In this document: piece after piece, positions 26,008-38,030 of the stretch
How the letters are laid out: each line of letters begins with the position of its first letter
Position numbering within the stretch: position 1 is the first letter of the stretch
Assembly: GCA_963740355.1 (NCBI GenBank)
Contig: CAVUDW010000003.1
Span: 448,001 to 512,000, forward strand
Source of the DNA: an uncultured Gemmatimonadaceae bacterium
Lineage (GTDB): Bacteria > Gemmatimonadota > Gemmatimonadetes > Gemmatimonadales > Gemmatimonadaceae
Direction: 5' to 3'
Length of the DNA: 64,000 bases
Program-made: the position numbers and the translations under genes
Notes under the pieces: model-generated
Databases searched by the model: none
The model's input: the letters and a program-made list of their open reading frames with translations, nothing else
What the model was told of the DNA's origin: nothing

Positions 26008-27630
26008 TCACCGCTTGGACACGGGCGGCGCCGCGCGCTGCGTGACGTCCAGTCGGGCCTTCAATGGGTCCGGTGCTGCATCGGGCACGCCCGTGATCGC
26101 GAAGTCGAGGATCACGCCGGTCTTCGGATCGTGCCGCGGCCACGTCGGCAGCCCAGCACCATTCGGATCGCCGGTCTTCGCAAAGTTGGCCCAGTACCGA
26201 TTCATCATGCTGGACACCGCGAGATCCGCCGCGGTCGGTGTCATCCGCGGATCGCCAGCAAGACGGTCGAAGGCGTACGGCACCTCAGCGCCATGCGGCG
26301 CACCGTTGCTCAACTGCTTTCGCATGGCCTCCGGTACGTACGAGAAGCGATACACGTACGCCGGCGCGCCCTTGTTCACAAACGTCGTCGCGATGAAGCG
26401 CGCGGGTTCCGCCTGCACGCGATCAGTACCGGCCATCACGAGGAGCGGCTGCAGTTCGGTGTTGCCTGATGGATCGTACGCGCGCATCGCATCCGCCTTG
26501 CCTGCGCCGAACTGCGAGAACAGCCCATCTTTCGTTTCCGCCGAGATGAACCCGACAAAGTCCGCGCTGTTCGATCCGATGATCAGCGGAATGCGCGGCT
26601 GCCGTCCCGCTTCGTACACACTCTGCGCCGTCTCAACGGTGATGCGACCGTCGAGGATCGGACCGGGATACGTCGGCGGCCCATTCGGCCCTGCGGTTTC
26701 CTGGCCACGGTCCACGATGTCGCCGACACTCAGTGCACGCAGTTGCGCCAGTGCTGCGGCATCCGTACCCGTGATGTTGTGCCGACGTGCGAAGTTCACA
26801 CCAATGGACTCCGCCGAGATCTCACCCGGACGCCCTACGCGCATGGCGCGACCGGTGAGCACGCCATCACGCCCGCCACCCGACTGACTGATCGCCTTGT
26901 GCACGAGACCCTGTGCCATCGGCGACGTGATGAGTGAGTGCACCGACACGCCGCCCGCCGACTCACCGAAGATGGTGACGTTGTTCGGATCACCACCGAA
27001 GGCCGCCGCATTCTGCTTCAGCCAGCGGAGCGCCGCGATCTGGTCCATGTACGCATAGCTTCCCTTCAACTCATCCGGACGTTCCTGACTCAGCGCCGGG
27101 AAGGCGAAGAAGCCAAGGCGACCCAGGCGATAGTTGATTGTGACGAGCATCACGTCCTGCTTGGCGAACTGCGTGCCCGCCGTGCTCGGCCACGCTCCAC
27201 TGCCGAACATGAAACCACCGCCATGAATCCAGACCATCACCGGCAGGCGTGCACCGGCCGTGGTGTTGGCTGGCCGCCAGATGTTGAGGAACAGACAGTC
27301 TTCCGCAGATGACGCCGAGATCGGCGGGGCGTTGGGCCCGAACGCCGCCTGTGGACAGTCGGCGCCGTACTTGGTCGCATCACGCTCGCCTTCCCACTTC
27401 GGTGCCGCGCGCGTCGGACGCCAGCGGTATTCGCCCGTTGGCGGCGCGGCGTACGGAATGCCTTTGTAGCTGACGACGCCGTCGTCGGTCGTACCGCGCA
27501 CGATACCCGACGCGGTCCGCACCGTCTGTGCGTGCCCGGCGCTGACGAGGACAAGTGCCGCAACTGCAGTTGCCGTGAATCGGCAGGACATGGAGACCGT
27601 CAGTGGTGAGAGGGAGTGCGTGCGCATCAC
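26008..27630 (-). CDS. Type-B carboxylesterase (PnbA-like)
   Basis: [30 protein letters not shown] nucleophile motif, HGAEV. Confidence 0.93.
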   Translation of the reverse strand: MMRTHSLSPLTVSMSCRFTATAVAALVLVSAGHAQTVRTASGIVRGTTDDGVVSYKGIPYAAPPTGEYRWRPTRAAPKWEGERDATKYGADCPQAAFGPNAPPISASSAEDCLFLNIWRPANTTAGARLPVMVWIHGGGFMFGSGAWPSTAGTQFAKQDVMLVTINYRLGRLGFFAFPALSQERPDELKGSYAYMDQIAALRWLKQNAAAFGGDPNNVTIFGESAGGVSVHSLITSPMAQGLVHKAISQSGGGRDGVLTGRAMRVGRPGEISAESIGVNFARRHNITGTDAAALAQLRALSVGDIVDRGQETAGPNGPPTYPGPILDGRITVETAQSVYEAGRQPRIPLIIGSNSADFVGFISAETKDGLFSQFGAGKADAMRAYDPSGNTELQPLLVMAGTDRVQAEPARFIATTFVNKGAPAYVYRFSYVPEAMRKQLSNGAPHGAEVPYAFDRLAGDPRMTPTAADLAVSSMMNRYWANFAKTGDPNGAGLPTWPRHDPKTGVILDFAITGVPDAAPDPLKARLDVTQRAAPPVSKR

Positions 27631-27637
27631 GATCTGG

Positions 27638-29869
<2,232 letters not shown>

Positions 29870-29875
29870 GCGCGG

Positions 29876-30361
29876 TTACCGGTTCGGGGTGCTGGCGCGA
29901 TTCGACGCGGACGGCGACGCCGCCTGCTTTACCGCAGCGCGAATGCGGAGGTACGTCGCGCAGCGACAGAGGTTGCCTGACATCGCGGCATCGATCTGCG
30001 CATCGGTCGGCGACGGCGTCTGCTTCAGGAACGCCGCAGCCTGCATGATCTGCCCCGCCTGGCAGTAACCGCACTGCGCCACGTCCTGCTCCTGCCACGC
30101 GCGCTGCAGCGGGTGCGATCCATCGCTCGACAGCCCTTCAATGGTGGTGACCTCCGCCCCGGCGGCTGCCGCGACCGGGATCGAGCACGAACGAACAGCG
30201 GCGCCGTTGAGGTGCACCGTGCAGGCACCGCATTGCGCGATGCCGCAGCCGTACTTGGTGCCGACCAGATCCAGCGAGTCCCGCAGGACCCAGAGCAAGG
30301 GGGTGTCGGTGGGGACATCGACGGTGATGCTCCTGCCGTTCACCTTCAGCGTCGTGGACAT
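29876..30361 (-). CDS. iorA: (2Fe-2S) small subunit of a molybdopterin oxidoreductase
   Basis: [29 protein letters not shown]. Confidence 0.92.
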   Translation of the reverse strand: MSTTLKVNGRSITVDVPTDTPLLWVLRDSLDLVGTKYGCGIAQCGACTVHLNGAAVRSCSIPVAAAAGAEVTTIEGLSSDGSHPLQRAWQEQDVAQCGYCQAGQIMQAAAFLKQTPSPTDAQIDAAMSGNLCRCATYLRIRAAVKQAASPSASNRASTPNR

Positions 30362-30470
30362 GGGGCGCGGGCTCCGGATTGCGGTGGGCGTGTCGGCACG
30401 GCGAGCGGGCATGAGGCTCTCGCGCACTTCAAGCTGGATCCGGTGCGGCGCAGCTCAAGAGCGATGTGCG

Positions 30471-30656
30471 TGAACGGCTCACCGGTGGTGCGAACGGCTC
30501 AGCGGCACCGTATCTGGGGGTGCGCCCGCTCGAGGCCCAAGCCGAACGACTGGCAGTGACCGACCTCGGCAAGCACCAGCTGGCATCGCCGCGTTGCGTT
30601 CGCGGACAGCCGCAGATACGCGCATTGAGCCATTCACTCCGCCGGTGAGTCGTTCA
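30471..30656. promoter_or_regulatory. Two oppositely oriented pairs of LytTR/AlgR-like direct repeats (TGAGYCRTTCR, 20-bp period) in a divergent promoter
   Basis: 30471-30501 (reverse complement tgagccgttcgcaccaccggtgagccgttca) versus 30626-30656 (tgagccattcactccgccggtgagtcgttca): 26/31 identical. Confidence 0.7.
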
Positions 30657-30742
30657 CGCCACGGGCGCTGGACCAGCACCCCGCACGAGCCACGTTTCCC
30701 CGCACCAGCACCCGTCCCGCTTCACTGAGGAACACTGACAAC

Positions 30743-31210
30743 ATGACCCGCGCCCTTCTCCGGCTCAGCGCCCTGATCACGTTTATCGCCGCGCCACTCG
30801 CAGCACAGCAGGCGGCAACGCCGACCGCCGCGCCCGCCACCAAAGCTGAACAGGAAATTCTCGACCTCTCGCGCGCCAAGTGGCGCTGGATGGCCGACAA
30901 GCAGATCGACTCACTCGCGCCGCTGTTTCATGAAAAGGCCAGCTTCGTGCACATGAGCCGCACCATGACGCGGGATCAGGAGCTCGAGGTCATCCGCAGC
31001 GGCAACATCCACTACAAGCACGCCGAGATCTTCGAGTCGTCGGCGCGCTTCATCGACAACACCGCCATCGTGCTGCAGCGCATCCGCCTCGATGCGGTCG
31101 TCGGCGGCAATGAGGTGACCACGATGTTCAGCGTCACCGAAGTGTACGTGAAGCAGCGTGGCGCCTGGAAGCTCGGGGTGCTCGCCTTCAGCCGATTGGC
31201 GCAGCAGTAG
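30743..31210 (+). CDS. NTF2-like (DUF4440-type) exported protein
   Basis: Signal peptide and SnoaL/NTF2-type C-terminus TEVYVKQRGAWKL. Confidence 0.8.
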   Translation: MTRALLRLSALITFIAAPLAAQQAATPTAAPATKAEQEILDLSRAKWRWMADKQIDSLAPLFHEKASFVHMSRTMTRDQELEVIRSGNIHYKHAEIFESSARFIDNTAIVLQRIRLDAVVGGNEVTTMFSVTEVYVKQRGAWKLGVLAFSRLAQQ

Positions 31211-31262
31211 ACGTGTTCCCGCGCGCGTTCACTCCCGCGTCATCACTCCTCGCGACTCACCC

Positions 31263-32420
31263 ATGCCAATGTCGAAATATCTCGTACTTGCCGCGCTCGC
31301 CGGCAGCGCACTCGTGCCCATCGTCACTGCCTCGGCGCAGGCCGCAGCCGCTGCTCCGATTAAGTGGGAGGTGCCGGCGGGCTTCGTGGTGTCGGTGTAC
31401 GCCGATAGCGTCGAGAACGGACGCGCCATGGCCATCGGTCCGCGCGGCACCGTGTTCGTCGGCTCGCTGCGCGCTGGCAAGGTGCATGCGCTGATCGACA
31501 CCAACGGTGACCAAAAGGCGGATCGCGTGGTGCTGATCGCGAAGGGGCTGGCCATGCCGTCCGGCATCGCGATGCGGCGCGGTGCGCTGTATGTCGCGAC
31601 GACCAGCCGCATCCTGCGATATGACGACATCGAGCAGCACCTTGACGCGCCGCCCGCGCCGGTCGTCGTGCGTGACAGTCTCCCAAACCCCAGCGCCGGT
31701 CACATGTGGAAGTTCATCGCTTTCGGGCCTGATGACCTGCTCTACATGTCCGTGGGTTCGACGTGCAACATTTGCCTGCCGGCCGCAAACACCGCGACCA
31801 TCATGCGGATGAAGCCGGCCGGCACGAACCTCGAGATCTTCGCCTCCGGTGCGCGCAACTCGGTGGGCTTCGACTGGCATCCGGTCACGCACGAACTCTG
31901 GTTCACCGACAACGGGCGTGACATGCTGGGAGACGATGTGCCCAACGACGAACTGAACGTCGCGCCGCGCGCCGGCATGCACTTCGGCTTCCCGTATTGC
32001 CATCAGGGTGATGTGTCGGACCCTGAATTCGGCGCGCAGCGCGCCTGTTCCACCACCGAGCCGCCAGCACAGAAGCTCGGTGCACACGTGGCCGCCATCG
32101 GCATGACTTTTTACACCGGCACCATGTTTCCCGCGCAGTATCGCAACGCGGCGTTCATCGCGCAGCATGGCTCGTGGAATCGCTCCAAGCCAAGCGGGTA
32201 TCGCGTGATGGTCGCCCGCACCGACGGACGTCGTGTGACCGCGTATGACACGTTCCTCGACGGCTTCCTCGGCGGCCCGCGCGACAGCATGCCTGGGGGC
32301 TGGGAGGCAGGTCGCGCGGCGCGTGGTCGCCCGGCCGACGTGCTGCAGATGCCTGACGGCGCGCTGCTGGTCAGCGACGATTCCGGCAATCGCCTCCTGC
32401 GCATCAGCTATCGGCGTTGA
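31263..32420 (+). CDS. Glucose/sorbosone dehydrogenase family (PQQ-dependent) protein
   Basis: LYMSVGSTCNIC, GARNSVGFDWHP, WFTDNGRD, HFGFPYCH, HGSWNR, GRPAD. Confidence 0.9.
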   Translation: MPMSKYLVLAALAGSALVPIVTASAQAAAAAPIKWEVPAGFVVSVYADSVENGRAMAIGPRGTVFVGSLRAGKVHALIDTNGDQKADRVVLIAKGLAMPSGIAMRRGALYVATTSRILRYDDIEQHLDAPPAPVVVRDSLPNPSAGHMWKFIAFGPDDLLYMSVGSTCNICLPAANTATIMRMKPAGTNLEIFASGARNSVGFDWHPVTHELWFTDNGRDMLGDDVPNDELNVAPRAGMHFGFPYCHQGDVSDPEFGAQRACSTTEPPAQKLGAHVAAIGMTFYTGTMFPAQYRNAAFIAQHGSWNRSKPSGYRVMVARTDGRRVTAYDTFLDGFLGGPRDSMPGGWEAGRAARGRPADVLQMPDGALLVSDDSGNRLLRISYRR

Positions 32421-32492
32421 GGCATGCGGCGCCGCGCACACGTGAACGCGTCCAGCATCCTGATCATGCCGTCCATCTCCACCACGCGAGCC

Positions 32493-33380
32493 ATGTCTAC
32501 GATCCTTCGCGCACTCGGTGTCGCCGGTCTCATGTCGGCGACCAGCCTGCACGCGCAGGCCCGCACCACCATCACGCTCAGCGACACGGCCGTCTCGCCG
32601 GAGAACGTCACGTCGAGCCGAGACGGCACCGTGTACTTCGGCAGCATGACGAAGGGCACAATCTATCGAGCGCTGCCCGGTGCGGCGCAGGCCGAGCCGT
32701 GGATCCTCGCCTCCGCCACCGGGCTCACGCGGGTGCTCGGTGTGCTGGCCGACGACCGCAGCAACACGCTGTTCGTCTGCCAGAACGCCACCGACGCGCG
32801 CGGCGGTGCGCCCGCGTCGGGGCAGACAGCGCTGCGCACGTTCGACCTCAATACCGGTGCCGCGAAGGGTACGTATCCGTTCCCGGCGAACAGCCGCATC
32901 TGCAACGACATCGCGGTCGCGGACGACGGCACGGCGTACGTATCCGAGTCGTACGGGGGCAAGGTGCATCGGCTCAAGCCCGGGGCGACGGCGCTCGAGG
33001 TGTGGGCCAGCGACGAGCAGATGAACGTGATCGACGGGCTCGCGCTGCTGTCGGATGGGCTCTACGTGAACGACTTCGCGAAGGGGGCGCTGTTTCGGAT
33101 CCCGATCAAGACTGATGGCAGCGCGGGTGTGCTGGTTCCGATCCAGGTCTCGTTGCCGCTGGGCCGGCCTGATGGGCTGCGCAGTGTGGGACCGCGCACG
33201 CTGGTGCAGACCGAGCAGGCAGGTCGCGTGGCGGAGCTGACGGTCACGGGGGATCGTGCGGAGGTGCGGGTGTTGCGGGAGGGGCTGACGCGCGCGTCGG
33301 GGGTGACCCGGATCGGTGATGGCCTGCTGGTGCTGGTGGAGTTCGCGCGTGCCGTGGTGGTGCCGTACACACGGCGCTGA
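32493..33380 (+). CDS. SMP-30/gluconolactonase-like beta-propeller
   Basis: Signal peptide and PE..., CNDIAV, IDGLA, PDGLR blade motifs. Confidence 0.72.
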   Translation: MSTILRALGVAGLMSATSLHAQARTTITLSDTAVSPENVTSSRDGTVYFGSMTKGTIYRALPGAAQAEPWILASATGLTRVLGVLADDRSNTLFVCQNATDARGGAPASGQTALRTFDLNTGAAKGTYPFPANSRICNDIAVADDGTAYVSESYGGKVHRLKPGATALEVWASDEQMNVIDGLALLSDGLYVNDFAKGALFRIPIKTDGSAGVLVPIQVSLPLGRPDGLRSVGPRTLVQTEQAGRVAELTVTGDRAEVRVLREGLTRASGVTRIGDGLLVLVEFARAVVVPYTRR

Positions 33381-33692
33381 CGGACTGACGACTCGGAAGC
33401 TCGGTCAGGGTGCAGTCTAGCCTTCATCGCGTGACCATCCGATGCCACGGTCGTTGCGCGCCCACGCTTGTCGCTCACTCGCGGGGCACAGGTGCGAAGG
33501 GACAAGAACACGCCAGACAATCGGGCCTGCTTGTGCCATGGATGCAGCCAACCTGCGGGGTGTCGCCTATACCCGACCTGAAGCAGCGCCTCACGCCGTT
33601 GTACTGTCTTGCCCTGCGCCGTCTGCGCGACTGCATCATCTCTGCCGCAGCCAATCGCCGGCCTGCAGCCCGACGCATATCGCCCGCAGAAC

Positions 33693-33773
33693 TCAGCGTC
33701 GCAGCGCGCGGATGACGACGCCCGCCGTCACCATGCCAATCCCGACCCAATCGCGTGCGCTCGGCCGCTCGCG
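33693..33773 (-). pseudogene. 3'-terminal remnant of an EamA/DMT-family transporter
   Basis: Minus strand reads RERPSARDWVGIGMVTAGVVIRALRR*, a typical EamA C-terminal helix; the rest of the gene is absent. Confidence 0.6.
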
Positions 33774-33871
33774 ACTACGAGGTCCAGCTGAAGACCGGTA
33801 TCAGGCTGCCCGTGAGCCGGTCCCGGCACACCGCGCTGGAGCGGTGGCTCGGGCTGTCGCGTTGACATCCG
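33771..33871 (+). repeat. 101-bp direct repeat, copy 2 (orphan LytTR 3' end)
   Basis: Encodes DYEVQLKTGIRLPVSRSRHTALERWLGLSR*; 96/101 identical to 17777-17877. Confidence 0.92.
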
Positions 33872-34153
33872 TTGGCTACGGTGCGAGCGCGCGAATCCAC
33901 GGGTGACTGATCGCATCGGCAGCGCTGCCGCAGACCTCGCTGGGTGCGGCCGAGCGCTCGGATGCGCCGGCTGCCGCGGTCCCCGTGAGGGCAGGTGCGA
34001 AAACGCGCGACCGACCAGGTTGTAGCCTTCACCGGCGAGTTCGCCGGTCGTGCTGAGGAGGCGCTTCGGGCACCTACGGTCCGCTGACCGCGGTCCGTGT
34101 CGTGTGATAGCGCCCCCACGGTTGTTGTCAGCGGGCCAAGCTACCATTCGTGC

Positions 34154-34975
34154 ATGAACCACGTCCCGCAGCAGCCACCCGCCCCTGCCCGACCGCGGCG
34201 GCAGTTCGATTCCTCCCGGACCCGCGTCGGGCCGGTGTTCGGGGCTCTCGCCACGCAGTGTGGCGAAGATGCGTGGGTTTGTCGACTGCTCGATCTCGCC
34301 GCCGGTCCAGGCGAGCACTCGTGGCACGACCAGGATCTGCGGATCATCGAGCGCCACCATCAAGCGCCGCCCGGCGCTGATTCACCGACGGAGAAAGGGC
34401 TCGCACCGCCTGTCTCGCTGCTGTCGTGGCTCCTCGATCACTTCACCCCGCCCAAGAACGGCAAGTACGGGTCGGGCATCGTTGGCGACAAGCGACGCGC
34501 GCTCGCCGACCGCGACCCGCAGGTGATCGCGGAGGCCCGCGAAGCGCTGGCGCGGTCGCGCGCCGGGAAGGCGTGGTACGTCCTAGAAGGCCACACCTCG
34601 CCGGACGTGTATTTGGTGACGCCGGACGCCTTGATCGTCGTCGAGGGCAAGCGCACCGAGGCGGGACCCACCACGTCCACGACATGGATGGCGGGACGCC
34701 ATCAGATACTCCGGCACATCGACGCCGCGTGGGAGATCCGTGGCAACCGGGCCGTCTACGGCATGTTCATCGTCGAGGCCATGCCGGGGACCGAGGACGT
34801 CCCGGAACTCTGGAAGCAGGCGGCGAAGGACACGCGCAGCGATGCGGCAATCGAGTCGAGCCTGCCACACCGCTCTGCGGAGGACCGGGAGGGCATCCGC
34901 AACGCGATGGTCGGCGTCACGACGTGGCAGCGGATTGTGTCGGCATTTCAGCTGCCGCCAACTGAGCTGCCATGA
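34154..34975 (+). CDS. Putative PD-(D/E)XK nuclease-like protein
   Basis: EGHTSPDVYLVTPDALIVVEGKRTE matches PD...E-x-K, followed by an RHQILRH helix. Confidence 0.62.
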   Translation: MNHVPQQPPAPARPRRQFDSSRTRVGPVFGALATQCGEDAWVCRLLDLAAGPGEHSWHDQDLRIIERHHQAPPGADSPTEKGLAPPVSLLSWLLDHFTPPKNGKYGSGIVGDKRRALADRDPQVIAEAREALARSRAGKAWYVLEGHTSPDVYLVTPDALIVVEGKRTEAGPTTSTTWMAGRHQILRHIDAAWEIRGNRAVYGMFIVEAMPGTEDVPELWKQAAKDTRSDAAIESSLPHRSAEDREGIRNAMVGVTTWQRIVSAFQLPPTELP

Positions 34976-35083
34976 CGGTGTCGGTCAGACCGTCCTTTCC
35001 TACCAACCCTAACTCCCCATGGAGCCATGTCACCACAGCGCTATGCGATTCTGCCCTGCCGCTCACGATCACAGGCGGCGATC

Positions 35084-35539
35084 ATGACGGCCTTGATCAC
35101 GCAGCTCACGTCCGAAGGATCGGAAGACTTGCGCCGACTCGCGCAGATGCGGGAGTCGGTGCAAGGAGTCCGAGGCACGTGGCACGTCGACGGCACTAAG
35201 CTCGGCCTGCGGTTCTGGACCATCAACATCTCCGCCGCGATGGCAGACGATGGCGGCATGATGCGTGACTTCGCTCACGCGATGGTATTACCAGAGATCG
35301 GCACATCTCGCGTGTACAAGATGTTCGACGTGCTCCTCACTGGCCCTGGGGTGATCGTCGAGGGCGCAATGCGGGGATACCTCGGTGGATGGGGAGCGAA
35401 GCCGTTGACTGATCCTGCGAGTGTGTTGCTGTCGCTGAACTCGAAGGGCGCAAAGTTCCTGATCAGTGACATGGCGACGACGAGATGGCCGACGGACGCG
35501 CTGCTCGGACCTCCGACCGAAGCGACGCATTCGTTGTAG
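35084..35539 (+). CDS. Hypothetical protein
   Basis: Clean ORF with protein-like composition, co-oriented after the nuclease; family not recognised. Confidence 0.55.
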   Translation: MTALITQLTSEGSEDLRRLAQMRESVQGVRGTWHVDGTKLGLRFWTINISAAMADDGGMMRDFAHAMVLPEIGTSRVYKMFDVLLTGPGVIVEGAMRGYLGGWGAKPLTDPASVLLSLNSKGAKFLISDMATTRWPTDALLGPPTEATHSL

Positions 35540-35686
35540 AGGGCTCAGGCTGCCGCAACCTAAGGCGGTGGTTCCGCGCATGAGCTCTGACGGCGGCAAC
35601 ACGGTGTGCCACGCATGCACGGACTCGCTGGTCGCACCTAGCGCTCGCAATCAGACGTCCGACCCCTGCCTGCGATTACGGGACCG

Positions 35687-37042
35687 CTAGGTCCGCAGAT
35701 TGCATTCGCCCTCGACCGTGATCACGTCTGGGTCGCGGTTCGTGTACACTCTGCCGCGCTCGCCCTCGAATCGGATGGACAGTGTGTCTGGGCCAGCGAA
35801 CTGGATCTCCAGCCTCCGCACGAACTGCACGGTGCGCGTCAGCACGAGCCACATGCTCGCGACCAGCTTTGCAACGGCGAGGAAATCATTTCTGCCGTTC
35901 GCGGCAGTCTTCCATCCGCGATACAGCGCGGTGAACGGCGACCCCTCTACCGCGCCAAGGGACGGCTTGCTCCCGACAAAGGAGGTTGATCCGCTGATGA
36001 GCGACTCGGTAAGGCTATCGGTCGCTGACGGCGATGGGGCTCCATCCCCACGCGCAGACCGCGACGCGCCGGGCACTCTCCGCTCGTCGAGGAGAATGCG
36101 ACGCGCCCGCAATTCCGCGATCTGCGCCGCCGAGAAGCTGTTCACCGTCATGTCGTCGTACAGGTTCGGCTCCGCGCGCTGCGCGCTCCCAACAAGCCGC
36201 CACCTCGTCAGCCCCCCGCCGATGCGGTGCGACAGCTCACGCACGTCGAGCCAGATGGCCGTGGCGGTAGGCACTGAGCCGAAGGCGACCGCGATGTGCT
36301 GTGCGCCACGGAACGATCCCGGTTGGACGAGATGGTGCAGGCGCTGCAACTGCTCGCTTCCGCCGTCAGCCACCGCAACCAACTCGAGTGTGACCTGATC
36401 AGCGACTTCGATGCGCTCTGCGCCGAACGCGTGAAGACTGCCATCGCCGAATCGGATCACTACGACATCCCTGCCGGCGAACGTCACGCCGGGAGGCGCC
36501 GCCTGGCGATGTGGCGGAGTGAGGCTGCCGCTCGACCCAACCTGGTCCAGCATCGGCGTTCCGAGCGGAGGCATCGGAGTCGCGTGCACACCCAGCAGAC
36601 AGTCGCGTAGTTCCGTGTAACCGGATTCGTGGTCCAGCTGATAGCGCGTTGCATCTCGCATGAACACAGGGATGTGCGCCGCATCACGCCTGTCGAACAC
36701 GACGGGGAGGCAACGCCGTCCGCGCCCCTGCTCCTCGTAGAGCAACTGAGTGATGATGCCAGCCTCCCACGTGGCGCCGAGTCCCACCCCCGGCGACTCG
36801 CGACGCAGCTGTCGACGCTCATACGTCTCCGTGCACACGACGAGCACGAAGTCAGCCATGTCGATCTCGTCGTGCATCCAGATAGGCCACCCACGGTCCG
36901 GCGTGCCCGACTGATACTGGTCGATGCGCGCGTCGATGCCATCACCTCGCAACCTGTTGGACAACGCGAGCACGCGCTCCTTGTGCTCGAGCGAATCGTG
37001 GCTGTAGCTGATGAAGACGCGCGGCGGTGAGGGTTCGGTCAT
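35687..37042 (-). CDS. SEFIR/TIR-domain protein with an uncharacterised C-terminal domain
   Basis: RVFISYSHDS..HKERVLALSNRLRGDGID..IDQY, W..WM..EI..ADFVLVVCTETY, GATWE. Confidence 0.85.
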   Translation of the reverse strand: MTEPSPPRVFISYSHDSLEHKERVLALSNRLRGDGIDARIDQYQSGTPDRGWPIWMHDEIDMADFVLVVCTETYERRQLRRESPGVGLGATWEAGIITQLLYEEQGRGRRCLPVVFDRRDAAHIPVFMRDATRYQLDHESGYTELRDCLLGVHATPMPPLGTPMLDQVGSSGSLTPPHRQAAPPGVTFAGRDVVVIRFGDGSLHAFGAERIEVADQVTLELVAVADGGSEQLQRLHHLVQPGSFRGAQHIAVAFGSVPTATAIWLDVRELSHRIGGGLTRWRLVGSAQRAEPNLYDDMTVNSFSAAQIAELRARRILLDERRVPGASRSARGDGAPSPSATDSLTESLISGSTSFVGSKPSLGAVEGSPFTALYRGWKTAANGRNDFLAVAKLVASMWLVLTRTVQFVRRLEIQFAGPDTLSIRFEGERGRVYTNRDPDVITVEGECNLRT

Positions 37043-37130
37043 GAGCGCCACCAAGAGGCACCAGTTCGTTCACAGAACACGGGCTGCAGGCGTGAGCTTG
37101 GCCGCAACGCTTCGGCCGAGGTGGCCCGTA

Positions 37131-37952
37131 TCAGATCGTCCATGGCGTCAACACTTGGTGCTTGCCGTCGAACTGGAACGCGCTCCGGTTCTGAGTGAGC
37201 ACGGCGCTCGGCAGCGTGCAGGCCACCTCAGCGAGGCTCCGCTTGAATTCCCCCTGTGGCGGATCGAGTTGCACCGCGTCGAGCGCCAGTAGCAGGTACG
37301 ATAGGACATCGGCCACCTGCACCATTATCGAGTCCTTACTGTCTGCAAACGCCGCCTCTCCCAGCAGCTTCACGTACGGGTCGGCTCGCCCGAGGGAACG
37401 CCCGGGGCGCGGGTACACTGCACGGACGAACTGCTGCATCTGAACGAAGCGTGGAATCGTCCGCTTGATTTCGTTGTTTCCATCGTCAAACACCACCGCA
37501 ACGTGCGCGTGCTCGAGGACGGGCGAGAGCAGGTCCACGAGGTTCATCCAGCAGAAGAGGTATCGGTCTCCCTCCGTACGCAGCGCAACCTGTTGCGCGT
37601 GATCCATGCTGAGGCACACGCGGAAGACCGTGAGCCCTGAATTGACCACAACATCCACCACTTTCTGACACGCGATCACTTTCTCCTCATCGTCGCGGTC
37701 CGGAAGGAGGCTGACCCCGTGGAGTTCAGGTGGCGGCTCATTGATCTGCATGCCGTCCGCAATGCGAAAGCGCCGCCCCTCTCGTGTCGTGACCTCAAGC
37801 CCGCCAACGTCGACACGTTCATGCAGCAGGGCGTAGAACCGCTTACGAGCGTCGTCATGTCGGTCAGCTGGTACAAGGACGCCTGTGAGTGAGTACAGGT
37901 GCTGCCCACTCTCAAATTGCCGGTGAGACTCGTCGACGTAGAGGATGTTCAT
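37131..37952 (-). CDS. DUF3800-domain protein
   Basis: N-terminal YVDES, ELHG, central FDDG and C-terminal DSKDSIMVQVADVLSY. Confidence 0.8.
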   Translation of the reverse strand: MNILYVDESHRQFESGQHLYSLTGVLVPADRHDDARKRFYALLHERVDVGGLEVTTREGRRFRIADGMQINEPPPELHGVSLLPDRDDEEKVIACQKVVDVVVNSGLTVFRVCLSMDHAQQVALRTEGDRYLFCWMNLVDLLSPVLEHAHVAVVFDDGNNEIKRTIPRFVQMQQFVRAVYPRPGRSLGRADPYVKLLGEAAFADSKDSIMVQVADVLSYLLLALDAVQLDPPQGEFKRSLAEVACTLPSAVLTQNRSAFQFDGKHQVLTPWTI

Positions 37953-38030
37953 GTCCGCTTTGTCAGGTGTTTGGGGGGTTGTATGGCTACGACCGCATGC
38001 CCTGTCCGTTCCCGTCCGCACGTGCGCACC

